Of a stretch of 64,000 nt of DNA, positions 17,594 through 26,887 are shown piece after piece. Each line of letters starts with the position of its first letter. The stretch's first letter is position 1. The notes below the pieces were generated by a model. The model was not told where the DNA came from. It made no database searches and worked only from the letters and a program-made list of their open reading frames with translations. The stretch comes from Rhodanobacteraceae bacterium (lineage in GTDB: Bacteria > Pseudomonadota > Gammaproteobacteria > Xanthomonadales > Rhodanobacteraceae). The stretch spans positions 1,465,254 through 1,529,253 of the forward strand of contig CP126120.1 in NCBI GenBank assembly GCA_030123585.1, in the 5' to 3' direction. The position numbers and the translations under genes are program-made.

Positions 17594-18150
17594 AAATGCC
17601 GGACGTCAACGTGCTGGTATACGCGATCAATCCTGACGCGCTCCAGCATGTTTCCGCGCGCAGGTGGCTGGAAGCCGGCTTCCACGATCCACAAGGTGTT
17701 GGCTACGCATGGTTTGCGCTAGCCGGATTTGTTCGCGTAACCACGAAACGGGGCATTCTTCCAAAGGTGCTGTCGGTTGAAGAGGCGTTGCGCTTCGTGG
17801 ATGAGTGGCTGTCGCATCCGCGTGCACACGTCCTCAACCCTGCCGGCAGCCACGCCGCCATATTCGGACGCCTGCTGATCGGCGCCGGCCGCGGCGGCAA
17901 CCTCGTCAGCGACGCGCACCTTGCCGCTATCGCCATCGAGCATGGGGCGATCCTGGGCACCTTCGATCGCGATTTCGAACGCTTCGCCGGCCTGCGGATG
18001 GAATGGCTTCAGGCCGGTGCGGTGCATGAGGACACCCCTGCCCACTTCAAAGGGTCGGTGCTGCGATTCGATGATCCACGGTCGCCTGTTGGCGAGAGCG
18101 GGCAGGCGAACAGACGGTCACACAGAGTGCAGCGAAAACGCCACTCGTGA
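17590..18150 (+). CDS. vapC: VapC (PIN-domain) toxin with an unusually long C-terminal tail
   Basis: MPDVNVLVYA..., LVSDAHLAAIAIEHGAILGTFDRDFERF. Start is GTG 17590 or ATG 17596. The last ~45 aa have no family resemblance. Confidence 0.75.
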   Translation: MKMPDVNVLVYAINPDALQHVSARRWLEAGFHDPQGVGYAWFALAGFVRVTTKRGILPKVLSVEEALRFVDEWLSHPRAHVLNPAGSHAAIFGRLLIGAGRGGNLVSDAHLAAIAIEHGAILGTFDRDFERFAGLRMEWLQAGAVHEDTPAHFKGSVLRFDDPRSPVGESGQANRRSHRVQRKRHS

Positions 18151-18269
18151 CCGCCAACCGATGCATCCGCGCATCCATGCAATCTCCGCCAAAACCGGAT
18201 CGCGCGTAACACACTCTCGCGAGACTTTGTGACGGCACCGCGCGTCACCAGGGAGGCTCTGATTTTGCT

Positions 18270-18552
18270 CGTCATTCCGGGGCCGTCGCAGCTTTTTTGC
18301 GGCGGAACCCGGAATCCAGAGCCTTTGCACGTCAACGAGTTACAACAAAGACACTGGATTCCCGCTTTCGCGGGAATGACGAGAACGTGGATTGATCAGA
18401 GGTTTCCTAGTGTGGTGTCTCGAAAGAATCTTTGCTTCGTCATTCCGGGGCCCGCGTCGGCTCGCCGACGCGGGAACCCGGAATCTGCTGTGGCTTCATG
18501 ACATTGGAAGCAGATTCCGGATCGAACCCCCTTGGGGGGTCGTCCGGAATGA
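18270..18552. repeat. Family A units plus one family D hairpin (18350..18383, GACACTGGATTCCCGCTTTCGCGGGAATGACGAG)
   Basis: Read directly. Lies between two TA modules. Confidence 0.8.
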
Positions 18553-18613
18553 CGAAGATATTTCCGGGACGTCACACCAGGTGACCATCACCCACCGTAC
18601 CACGTGGCAAAAT

Positions 18614-18642
18614 TTGTGCGCCATGCTGTCATTGACTAATAT
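18614..18642 (+). promoter_or_regulatory. Candidate sigma70 promoter of the FitAB-like module (TTGTGC-17-TAATAT) with CATTGACT direct repeats
   Basis: -35 at 18614..18619 and -10 at 18637..18642. CATTGACT occurs at 18630 and 18648. GGAGA RBS at 18659. Confidence 0.45.
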
Positions 18643-18669
18643 GCAATCATTGACTGATGGAGAATTACC

Positions 18670-18918
18670 ATGGCAACCATGACCATCCGCAATCTCGACG
18701 ACGCGGTCAAGCAGCGCCTGCGCGTGCGTGCGGCACAGCACGGCCGATCGATGGAAGACGAAGCGCGGGACATCCTGCGCAGCTCGCTCTCCACGGAGTC
18801 CGCGCGCGCGACGTCGCTGGTCGACGCGATTCGGGCGCGCATCGAACCGTTGGGCGGCATTGATCTCGAGATCCCCCCGCGTGAACCTGTGCGCAAGCCG
18901 CCGCGACTCGGTGCATGA
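18670..18918 (+). CDS. FitA/VapB-like (Arc/RHH, plasmid-stability type) antitoxin
   Basis: MATMTIRNLDDAVKQRLRVRAAQHGRSMEDEARDILR. Confidence 0.8.
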   Translation: MATMTIRNLDDAVKQRLRVRAAQHGRSMEDEARDILRSSLSTESARATSLVDAIRARIEPLGGIDLEIPPREPVRKPPRLGA

Positions 18919-19343
18919 TCGTCCTCGACACCAACGTATTGTCGGAACTCCTGCGCCCGCAGCCGAATACCCGGGTGATGGCGTGGCTGTCAGCGCGCCC
19001 GGCCGCATCGTTGTTCACCACCACCGTGACGCGCGGCGAAATCTTGTACGGGATACGACTGTTGCCTGCCGGGCGACGGCGCAACGCCCTGCAGGATGCA
19101 GTCACCGCCATCTTCGATGAAGATTTCGCCAAGCGCACCCTGCCCTATGACAACCCCGCCGCGGATCACTATGCCGACATCGCGGCCAGCCGCAGGACCA
19201 AGGGACGCCCCATCAGCCAGTTCGACGCCATGATCGCAGCCATTGCACGTTCCCGCGGTGCATCGCTGGCGACCCGCAACACTCGGGATTTCACCGGTTG
19301 CGGCATCGACCTCACCGACCCCTGGACGGCCAAGACGACGTAA
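18915..19343 (+). CDS. vapC: FitB/VapC-like PIN toxin
   Basis: MIVLDTNVLSELLRPQPN..., ATRNTRDF. 4-nt overlap with the antitoxin. Confidence 0.85.
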   Translation: MIVLDTNVLSELLRPQPNTRVMAWLSARPAASLFTTTVTRGEILYGIRLLPAGRRRNALQDAVTAIFDEDFAKRTLPYDNPAADHYADIAASRRTKGRPISQFDAMIAAIARSRGASLATRNTRDFTGCGIDLTDPWTAKTT

Positions 19344-19375
19344 GCTTGCCTTTCACCACCGCGGGGTTCGATGGC

Positions 19376-19633
19376 ATGATGGATTGGAAACGCCATCATG
19401 TCTCCAGCGCCGAGTTCCTCAACGCGATGAACGCACGCCGCATCGGCACCGGCGTGCACTACCTCTTTGTACCGGAGCATCCTCATTACCAGCGACGCTT
19501 CGGCTGGACGCCCGAACAATGGCCCAACGCCATGCGGATTGGGCGACAAACCGTCAGCCTTCCGTTGTCGCCGAAACCAACCGATGCGGATGTGACAAGG
19601 GCGATCACGACCGTGCGCAGGCTGGTCGCATAG
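19376..19633 (+). pseudogene. C-terminal remnant of a DegT/ArnB-type PLP sugar aminotransferase
   Basis: RRIGTGVHYLFVPEHPHYQRRFGWTPEQWPNAMRIGRQTVSLPLSPKPTDADVTRAI resembles only the last ~80 residues of ArnB/DegT enzymes. No N-terminal part is present. It starts where the preceding TA module ends. Confidence 0.65.
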
Positions 19634-19825
19634 GAGCGGGGGCGCTGACGCCCCCACCACCGCGCGCGGGCGCGCTCCTACGACGAACAACGCACCAGCC
19701 ATCTGCTTGCAGCGCATCGCGCCGTTCCCGATTGGACGGGCTTCAATTCCCGATTGGACGACGCCAGAATCCGGAGCGGACGTCTGTCCGCACTGGAAGC
19801 GTGGCGCCTTGGCGAGCCTTGGTAG

Positions 19826-19859
19826 TTGCGCTTGACCAGACCAGTCGATAGACTGGTCT
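19826..19859 (+). promoter_or_regulatory. Candidate sigma70 promoter (TTGCGC-17-TAGACT) overlapped by a perfect 9-bp inverted repeat, probably a TA operator
   Basis: AGACCAGTC (19838..19846) - GATA - GACTGGTCT (19851..19859). Lies upstream of the Phd-like gene. Confidence 0.5.
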
Positions 19860-19884
19860 TGAAAAACCGAACGTGGACACGATC

Positions 19885-20127
19885 ATGCAAACCGAAATTG
19901 GCGCCTACGAAGCCAAGACCCGCCTTCCGGAACTGTTGCGCCAGGTGCGGAAGGGCAAGTCTTTCACCATCACCAACCGCGGCGAAGCCGTTGCCGAGTT
20001 GGTACCCGTCCGGCATGCAGCCGAGGCCGACGCGACGCGAGCCGTCGAACAGATGAAAGCATTCATGCGAACCCATCGCGTGCGGGGCGTGAACATCAAG
20101 GCCTTGATCGAGGAAGGCCGCCGTTGA
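19885..20127 (+). CDS. Phd/YefM family antitoxin
   Basis: MQTEIGAYEAKTRLPELLRQVRKGKSFTITNRGEAVAELVP. The track start is GTG 19873; ATG 19885 is preferred. Confidence 0.8.
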   Translation: MQTEIGAYEAKTRLPELLRQVRKGKSFTITNRGEAVAELVPVRHAAEADATRAVEQMKAFMRTHRVRGVNIKALIEEGRR

Positions 20128-20543
20128 GCTTCGTGCTCGACAATTCCGTCGTGATGCGCTGGTGCTTCGGCGATGGCAAACCTGCCGACCTCGCATACGC
20201 CACCAAGGCCATGGAGGCGCTGCCCGGCAGCACGGCAATGGTCCCGATCATCTGGGCGCTGGAAGTTGCCAACGTACTCGCGCGCGCCGAGTACGCCGGC
20301 TCGATCGATGTGGCCCACGGCGACGCGTTCCTTGCCATGCTGCGCAAACTCCCCATCGAAACGGATGTCGAGGGCGCGGCCTTTGCGCTCTCTGAAACTC
20401 TGGGTCTGGCCCGCCGCCATCGCCTTTCCGCGTACGATGCCGCCTATCTGGAACTGGCGCTGCGCAGGCAACTGCCACTCGCCACGCTTGACGCCGCATT
20501 GCGCAAGGCAGCAAAACGCGCGGGCGTGAGCTTGTTCGGATGA
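20124..20543 (+). CDS. vapC: VapC (PIN-domain) toxin
   Basis: MSFVLDNSVVMRW..., LSAYDAAYLELA. 4-nt overlap with the antitoxin. Confidence 0.8.
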   Translation: MSFVLDNSVVMRWCFGDGKPADLAYATKAMEALPGSTAMVPIIWALEVANVLARAEYAGSIDVAHGDAFLAMLRKLPIETDVEGAAFALSETLGLARRHRLSAYDAAYLELALRRQLPLATLDAALRKAAKRAGVSLFG

Positions 20544-20711
20544 GGCGCGGAATCGACCATCGCGACGCGACCACGTCTACGCCGCCGTCCAGCGCGACAT
20601 GTTGCGCGGCACTGCGCCGCCTCAACTACGCCATCAGGCTGGACAAACAGCTTGTGTTCCTCGAATGGCTCACGAGACAGGGCGCAAGCCCAGCGCACTC
20701 CTGAGCAATCC

Positions 20712-21953
20712 ATGACAGGCCCCATCGCACGCGGCACGATTCGCACCACGTTCGTGCTGGGTCTTCGCCTGCTGGTGCAGGCCGGCACGCTGTTGCTGGT
20801 CGCACGCATGCTGGGGCCGCAGCAGTTCGGCGCGTTCGCGGGCGTGGCCGCGCTGGCGGTGATGCTGGGCACGCTCGCGACCTTCGGCACCCATCTGGTG
20901 TTGCTTGGCGAGGTGTCGAGGGAACCCGAGCGACGCGAGCAAGTGCTGTCTTACGCCATACCCACCACGCTGATGTGCGGCGGCGCGTTGCTGATCGTGT
21001 ATCTGCTGATCTGCATGCTGGCCTTGCGTGAAAGCGGGGTCGCGTTGCCGGTATTGCTCGCCATCGGCATCACCGAGATGTGGCTGCAGCCGTTGTTCGG
21101 ATTCCCCGCAACCGAACACCTGGCGCTGGGCCGCATCGCCCGTTCGCAAATGCTGCAAACGTTGCCACTGGCACTGCGCCTCGTCGCTGCGGCCAGCGTC
21201 TTCCTGCTGAAGCCTGCCGATCCGCTTGCCGCATACGGCTATGGCTACCTCGTCGCATCGTTGCTGGCACTCGGCTTCGCAACATTCACCATGCCATCGC
21301 CGTGGCCGCCCCTGAGCCGTTGGTGCCTGCCGAAAACCGCGGAACTACGTGAAACTGCGGGTTACGCCGCGCTCGCCATCACCGCGACCAGCCCCGCGGA
21401 ACTCGACAAGACCCTGGCTGCCAAGTTGCTGCCTCTCGGCGCCGCGGGTGTATATGCCGCAGGCGCAAGAGTGATCGGTGCCGCTACGTTGCCGGTGGTT
21501 GCAATGATGCTGTCGGCGCTCCCGCGCTTATTCCGCGAAGGACAGGATCAACCCAAACGCACCACGCACCTGCTGCGTTGGATCTTCGGCGCCGCTCTCG
21601 CCTACAGTCTCGCGCTGGCTGTCGTGCTGTGGTTCATCTCGCCGGTATTCGATTGGCTGTTCGGTGCGAAGTACCACGGTATCGCTCACACCATCCATTG
21701 GTTGTGCCTTGCTGTGCCAGGAATGGCCTTACGAGTGGCGGCAGGCAGCGTGCTGATGGCGCTCGGTCGGCCATGGATGCGCGTTGCATTCGAGGTATTG
21801 GGTCTGGCAACCCTCGCAGTCGCAGCACTACTTCTGACGCCACGAATGGGCGCCATAGGCATGCCGGTGGCGCTCGCATTTGCAGAGTGGGTCATGGCCA
21901 TCGTGGGCGGTATCCTAGTATCGATGGCTGCCGGGCGCGTGCAGCTAAGGTGA
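20712..21953 (+). CDS. wzx: Wzx-like oligosaccharide flippase (MOP superfamily)
   Basis: ~413 aa, polytopic. The N-terminal pattern ...LLVQAGTLLLVARMLGPQQFGAFA... is typical of polysaccharide biosynthesis/flippase proteins. Start chosen at MTGPIARG. Confidence 0.7.
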   Translation: MTGPIARGTIRTTFVLGLRLLVQAGTLLLVARMLGPQQFGAFAGVAALAVMLGTLATFGTHLVLLGEVSREPERREQVLSYAIPTTLMCGGALLIVYLLICMLALRESGVALPVLLAIGITEMWLQPLFGFPATEHLALGRIARSQMLQTLPLALRLVAAASVFLLKPADPLAAYGYGYLVASLLALGFATFTMPSPWPPLSRWCLPKTAELRETAGYAALAITATSPAELDKTLAAKLLPLGAAGVYAAGARVIGAATLPVVAMMLSALPRLFREGQDQPKRTTHLLRWIFGAALAYSLALAVVLWFISPVFDWLFGAKYHGIAHTIHWLCLAVPGMALRVAAGSVLMALGRPWMRVAFEVLGLATLAVAALLLTPRMGAIGMPVALAFAEWVMAIVGGILVSMAAGRVQLR

Positions 21954-22043
21954 CGGAGTACCGATTGACACCATTCACCAGCTTGACGTTTTGACAATCT
22001 GCGCTCAGATTGTCGAAGGGTCACCGACGTCCGAAGGCTCGGC

Positions 22044-22985
22044 TTGTCACACACGCATCCCACGCTCCTAATAACCGCCGCTGGTACCGGTACCGCGTAC
22101 GCGTATGTATTGGCGGTTCGCAAGTACTTTCCGGCACTCCGAGTGATTACCGCAGATACGAACCCGCGCCATCTGGTTGCGGGATCATGCTTGGCTGACC
22201 TGCACATCGTACTTCCATCGTTCGATCCGAATAGCTACGGCGAACACATTGTAAAAGTCTTAACTCAACATGGAGTCACGCACTACTTACCAATCATCGA
22301 CCCAGAGATTCTATTCGCGGCGGAGTGGCATGAACCCATATGCACTGTTATGACCCCAGACGCCAAGTTCTGCCGCAATGCGTGCGAAAAATCTCTTTAC
22401 GCAAGCCACTTCGCCGCACCCGAGATCGAGTTTCCACGACCAATACAACGCGACAATATCACCAGCAGCCTTCCCTGTTGGGCAAAAGGCAATGGAGGGT
22501 TCGGTGGTCGATCGAATCGGTTCATTACTTGCGAGGCGGACCTAGTAGGAATCCCCGACAACTGGGTCTTGCAAGAGCATATCGAGGGCCGGGAATTCAC
22601 AGTTGACTGTTTCCCATACGCAGATGGTCTAACCACTTGTTCAGTGCGCGAACGTCTACTCATTAAGGCGGGCGTTTGTACCCGCGCACACTTAATCAGA
22701 CACGCGAGGTTGGAGAACGTTGCAACAACATTGGGAAAGATGATGCAACGCAAATCGCCATTTTGCTTCCAAGCGATGGAGCGTAATGAGGGTTCGATCG
22801 TCGTTACCGACATCAACCCGCGCCTCGGCGCCGGTACCGCATTAAGTGTTGCTAACGGCATGGAGTTCTTTGCAGCACATCTTTCCAGCATGTTTGGCGG
22901 CGATCCGCACAACTTCCTTGAGCGCCGGTACGCAACGTGCTACGCAAGCAGGCAGTACACGGAATTCCTATCTCCAGAACCATGA
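22044..22985 (+). CDS. ATP-grasp domain protein (candidate amide/carboxylate-amine ligase)
   Basis: TTG start. LLITAAGTGTAY N-terminus, QEHIEGREFTVDCF and VVTDINPRLGAG are ATP-grasp-like motifs. Confidence 0.6.
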   Translation: MSHTHPTLLITAAGTGTAYAYVLAVRKYFPALRVITADTNPRHLVAGSCLADLHIVLPSFDPNSYGEHIVKVLTQHGVTHYLPIIDPEILFAAEWHEPICTVMTPDAKFCRNACEKSLYASHFAAPEIEFPRPIQRDNITSSLPCWAKGNGGFGGRSNRFITCEADLVGIPDNWVLQEHIEGREFTVDCFPYADGLTTCSVRERLLIKAGVCTRAHLIRHARLENVATTLGKMMQRKSPFCFQAMERNEGSIVVTDINPRLGAGTALSVANGMEFFAAHLSSMFGGDPHNFLERRYATCYASRQYTEFLSPEP

Positions 22986-23611
22986 TTGTCGCTTTGGACC
23001 TCGATGGAACATTGCTGACGTGTATGCCACGTCACTGCGCAGTGGCGCGATACGCACTCGCGGTGTCAGCCCCTGGCCACGCCGTCGCGTTCAATGCCAC
23101 ACGCTTCTGGAACCAGAAGCGTAACGGTCACACCACACGTGAATGTCTTTTCTCATACGGGGAACATACTGCCAACGTCGCAGCTGAGATCTGGCGCGAT
23201 CAGATTGAAAACATTAACTGGCTGGCGATGGATTCAGTACTGGCTGGCACACTCAGCGTGTTGCAGCGCGTGCGCCGCAGCAGAACGCGTCTAGTGCTAA
23301 TCTCGGCGCGACGAGACGTCCGAGCCGCCTACTGCCAGGTTATCAGGCTTGGGCTGCATGACTACTTCTCGCGCGTGCACTTTGTGCCTCAGCAGGATAC
23401 GGCTAACGAAAAGGCAACCGCGCTCCGTGAGGTTGGAGCCAGAATATACATTGGCGACACCGAACTTGACTTCGCGGCAGCGACCACTGCCGGCATAGAA
23501 TGCCGCTTGGTGGACACGGGTGTACGCAGTGCGACGTATCTGACGAACCACACTAACGTGCCAGTCTTTCATTCACTCGCAGAGGCATTGCCCGATGGAC
23601 TTAACGGCTGA
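22982..23611 (+). CDS. HAD-superfamily hydrolase/phosphatase
   Basis: MIVALDLDGTL (DxDxT motif I) and YIGDTELDF (motif IV). ATGA overlap with the ATP-grasp gene. Confidence 0.75.
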   Translation: MIVALDLDGTLLTCMPRHCAVARYALAVSAPGHAVAFNATRFWNQKRNGHTTRECLFSYGEHTANVAAEIWRDQIENINWLAMDSVLAGTLSVLQRVRRSRTRLVLISARRDVRAAYCQVIRLGLHDYFSRVHFVPQQDTANEKATALREVGARIYIGDTELDFAAATTAGIECRLVDTGVRSATYLTNHTNVPVFHSLAEALPDGLNG

Positions 23612-24317
23612 AACCAAACGATTGGACGACATTGCGACCGACTCTGTATACGCGGTTGGAGCAAATCGTGCCATGATCGAATACTGCTTTTGTATCCTGC
23701 AACGTCTCTTTCCGAGGCCCCGACACGTGCTCGAGATGGGCCCAGCCGAGGGCGTCATGACGGAACGGCTACGTAAGATCAGCGACCATCTGAGCGTCGT
23801 CGAGGGCTCTCCGGCATTCTGCGACGACATTGAGAAGCGGTTCCCTGAGGTTCGCACTCATTGCGCGCTTTTCGAAACTTTTGACACCAATGATCGTTTT
23901 GACCTCATCGTGCTCGGCCACGTCTTGGAACACGTTGAGGACCCGGTGGCCGTCCTTCGCCGTTCAGCGGGGTGGCTTGCGCCCGGTGGCTCCATATTCT
24001 CAGCAGTACCTAACGCCCGATCGCTACACCGCCAAGCTGCTGTCATCATGGGACTTCTTGAATGTGAAGACCAGCTGAACGATATGGATCGCCACCATGG
24101 CCATCGCAGAGTCATGAATCCCGAATCATTTCGCGCTTGCTTTCGGCAAGCAGGCCTTCGCATAAATACCTTTGGAGGATATTGGCTTAAGCCAGTCAGT
24201 AGCGGACAAATCGAACAAACGTGGACCTCAGGTATGCTCGACGCATTCATGCAACTAGGAGAGCGTTACCCCGACATTGCAGGCGAGATGTACGTCGTCG
24301 CCGGCGCGAGTACATAA
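23595..24317 (+). CDS. Class I SAM-dependent methyltransferase
   Basis: VLEMGPAEG motif I and DLIVLGHVLEHVEDP. Confidence 0.8.
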   Translation: MDLTAETKRLDDIATDSVYAVGANRAMIEYCFCILQRLFPRPRHVLEMGPAEGVMTERLRKISDHLSVVEGSPAFCDDIEKRFPEVRTHCALFETFDTNDRFDLIVLGHVLEHVEDPVAVLRRSAGWLAPGGSIFSAVPNARSLHRQAAVIMGLLECEDQLNDMDRHHGHRRVMNPESFRACFRQAGLRINTFGGYWLKPVSSGQIEQTWTSGMLDAFMQLGERYPDIAGEMYVVAGAST

Positions 24318-24370
24318 TGCCACTCTAGCCGAACCCATCAAGCTCCAATTCCATTACGGTACCCCGAAAC

Positions 24371-24775
24371 GTGGATATCGCGAATTGCAGGATCATTCAG
24401 TTGCCTAAAGTGTCAGACCCTCGGGGCAACCTGACCTTCATTGAGGGCGGGCAGCACGCACCATTCGATATCCAGCGCGTGTATTATCTCTACGACGTTC
24501 CGGGTGGCGCTGAACGCGGCGGCCACGCGCACAAGGCACTGCATCAGTTGATTGTGGCAATGTCAGGTAGTTTTGATGTAGTACTGGACAACGGCCGCGA
24601 AAAGAAGCGCTTTCATCTCAATCGTTCATACTACGGGCTGTACGTCTGTCCCATGATCTGGCGCGAACTCGATAATTTCTCATCGGGATCGGTATGCATG
24701 GTGCTAGCGTCGAATCACTACGATGAGGCAGATTACTACCGGGACTATGATGCGTACTTGGCTGCGCGGGAGTAA
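24371..24775 (+). CDS. fdtA: FdtA/WxcM-type sugar 3,4-ketoisomerase (cupin)
   Basis: [15 protein letters not shown]...[20 protein letters not shown]. 134 aa. GTG start. Confidence 0.8.
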   Translation: MDIANCRIIQLPKVSDPRGNLTFIEGGQHAPFDIQRVYYLYDVPGGAERGGHAHKALHQLIVAMSGSFDVVLDNGREKKRFHLNRSYYGLYVCPMIWRELDNFSSGSVCMVLASNHYDEADYYRDYDAYLAARE

Positions 24776-24776
24776 C

Positions 24777-25889
24777 GTGGTGCGTGTTCCATTTTTGGAC
24801 CTCCGCGCAGCATACGTCGAGCTTAAGAGCGAGATCGATACAGCCGTGGCGCGCGTGCTCGGTAGCGGTCGCTACGTCCTCGGCGATGAAGTCGATGCCT
24901 TCGAAAACGAGTGGGCGTCGTATTGCAACACTGAGTACACAGTCGGTGTTGGCAACGGCCTCGATGCGTTGCACCTAGCATTACTTGCAATGGATGTCCG
25001 ATCGGGTGACGAAGTCATTGTACCGTCCAACACCTATATCGCGACGTGGCTGGCGGTCAGCCAGTGCGGCGCGGTACCTGTGCCGGTCGAACCTGTAGAA
25101 GCCACCTACAACCTTGATCCGGCGCGTATCGAAGCCGCGATCACGCCGCGAACGAAGGTCATCCTGCCCGTGCACCTCTACGGCCAACCGGTTGATCTGG
25201 ATCCCATCCTTGCTATCGCCAAGAAGCATGCCCTCAAGGTGCTGGAAGACGCGGCCCAAGCTCACGGTGCGCGCTATAAGGGCCAACGCATCGGCGCGCA
25301 CGGAGACGCCGTAGCGTGGAGCTTCTACCCGGGCAAGAACCTTGGTGCGCTGGGCGACGCTGGGGCTGTGACCACCCACGATGCGGAGCTGGCGGATAAG
25401 GTACGTATGCTGCGTAACTACGGCTCGCGTGCGAAATATGTCAATGACGTGCAGGGCTGGAATAGCAGGCTCGACCCACTGCAGGCTGCGATACTGAGGG
25501 TGAAGCTGAAGTATCTCGACGAGTGGAATACGCGGCGCTTCCACTTTGCAAGTGAATACCGCAGCCGTATTACCTCCCGCTCCGTAACACTTCCGTCGAT
25601 ACCGGCCTGGGCCGTACCAGCGCGGCATCTTTTCGTGATTCGATGCGCCCACCGCGACGCACTGCAATGTCATCTCACGCAGCGGGGTATCGAAACACTG
25701 ATCCATTACCCCATACCACCTCACCGGCAATGTGCTTATGACGGCCACGGCGGGACACACACCCCACTCTCCATTGCGGATCGCCTGGCTAACGAGGTAC
25801 TAAGCCTGCCTCTCGGTCCACATATGCACGAAAGCGACATCGAAGCAGTCGTATCGGCGATCAACGACTTTTGCCCGGCTACAACGTGA
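24777..25889 (+). CDS. fdtB: DegT/DnrJ/EryC1-type PLP sugar aminotransferase (FdtB-like)
   Basis: [10 protein letters not shown]..., [19 protein letters not shown] (active-site Lys context). A GTG start at 24777 follows the fdtA stop directly. Confidence 0.85.
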   Translation: MVRVPFLDLRAAYVELKSEIDTAVARVLGSGRYVLGDEVDAFENEWASYCNTEYTVGVGNGLDALHLALLAMDVRSGDEVIVPSNTYIATWLAVSQCGAVPVPVEPVEATYNLDPARIEAAITPRTKVILPVHLYGQPVDLDPILAIAKKHALKVLEDAAQAHGARYKGQRIGAHGDAVAWSFYPGKNLGALGDAGAVTTHDAELADKVRMLRNYGSRAKYVNDVQGWNSRLDPLQAAILRVKLKYLDEWNTRRFHFASEYRSRITSRSVTLPSIPAWAVPARHLFVIRCAHRDALQCHLTQRGIETLIHYPIPPHRQCAYDGHGGTHTPLSIADRLANEVLSLPLGPHMHESDIEAVVSAINDFCPATT

Positions 25890-26869
25890 GCACATCGACT
25901 GAAGATCAGACCGTGACGCAGACCAATGGCGACATCGACTCGCCATTGGTCACTTTCGCGCTGCTTGCATACAACCAAGAAAGGTACGTCGATGCAGCAA
26001 TCGAAGCGGCGCTCGCCCAGACCTGGTGCAATCTCGAAATTATCTTATCGGACGATTGTTCGAGTGATTCAACTTTTCAGATCATGGAAGCTAGGAGCAG
26101 GAGCTACCGCGGACCCCACAAGATCCGCTTGAACCGCAACACATCAAATTTGGGTATCGCCAGCCACGTGAATACAGTGATTTCGCTCGCAAGTGGACGA
26201 TTAGTGGTCCCAGCTGCAGGCGACGATATTTCCAAACCATCACGGACTACCCGCATTGTCGAAGCATGGCGAAACACTGGGTATGGTGCGGCTTGTTTCC
26301 ACTCCGGCTTTGAAGATATGGAGACGGACGGCACGCTGATGGGCACGTACGTCAAAGCAACGTTGCAGGCACCGAGTGTCGATCATTTACTTTTCGAAAA
26401 TGTTGTCGTCGGCGCCACGGAGGCATGGACGCGCGAAGTGTGGGATTTCTTCGGCCCCTTGAATCCGTCAGTCACGCACGAGGACAGAAACATGGCAGTC
26501 CGCGCTGCGCTTCTTGATGGCATACACTACATCCCCGAATCACTAGTTGCACGCCGCAGAGGTGGCGTCAGTGCCAATGCAGCAGTGCCCAAGCGTGTTG
26601 CGCGGTACAAAAACGCAATTCGTTATACCTGCGATATAGCGCAATCGATATGTGATTTTCACACAGCGCTATCAAAGGGGCTGATAGATGAACGCCGGTA
26701 CGCAAGTTTGCTCGGCAAGGTATCCGACAGACTCTCTTTTGAGACTTTGCTGCTACGCGACACAGGTATGCTCGGCATGGAGTACGCGTGTTTAATCGAC
26801 ATTTTGAAGACTTTCAGGCGAACCGGTTTTGCCCTCTACAAGGCGATCCGACTTAGATCTGCAACTTGA
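25871..26869 (+). CDS. Family 2 glycosyltransferase
   Basis: [26 protein letters not shown]...ILSDDCSSD, and AAGDD. Start is uncertain. Confidence 0.8.
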   Translation: MPGYNVSTSTEDQTVTQTNGDIDSPLVTFALLAYNQERYVDAAIEAALAQTWCNLEIILSDDCSSDSTFQIMEARSRSYRGPHKIRLNRNTSNLGIASHVNTVISLASGRLVVPAAGDDISKPSRTTRIVEAWRNTGYGAACFHSGFEDMETDGTLMGTYVKATLQAPSVDHLLFENVVVGATEAWTREVWDFFGPLNPSVTHEDRNMAVRAALLDGIHYIPESLVARRRGGVSANAAVPKRVARYKNAIRYTCDIAQSICDFHTALSKGLIDERRYASLLGKVSDRLSFETLLLRDTGMLGMEYACLIDILKTFRRTGFALYKAIRLRSAT

Positions 26870-26887
26870 GGGCGCACCCAAAACCTA

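Noticed and set aside
21983-22018. TTGACG/TTGACA hexamers and an 8-bp inverted repeat (GACAATCT-GCGCTC-AGATTGTC) after wzx, considered as a promoter/operator for the low-GC cassette.
   Set aside because: I found no convincing -10 element at 16-18-bp spacing. It could equally be a weak terminator of wzx, and the evidence is too thin to call.
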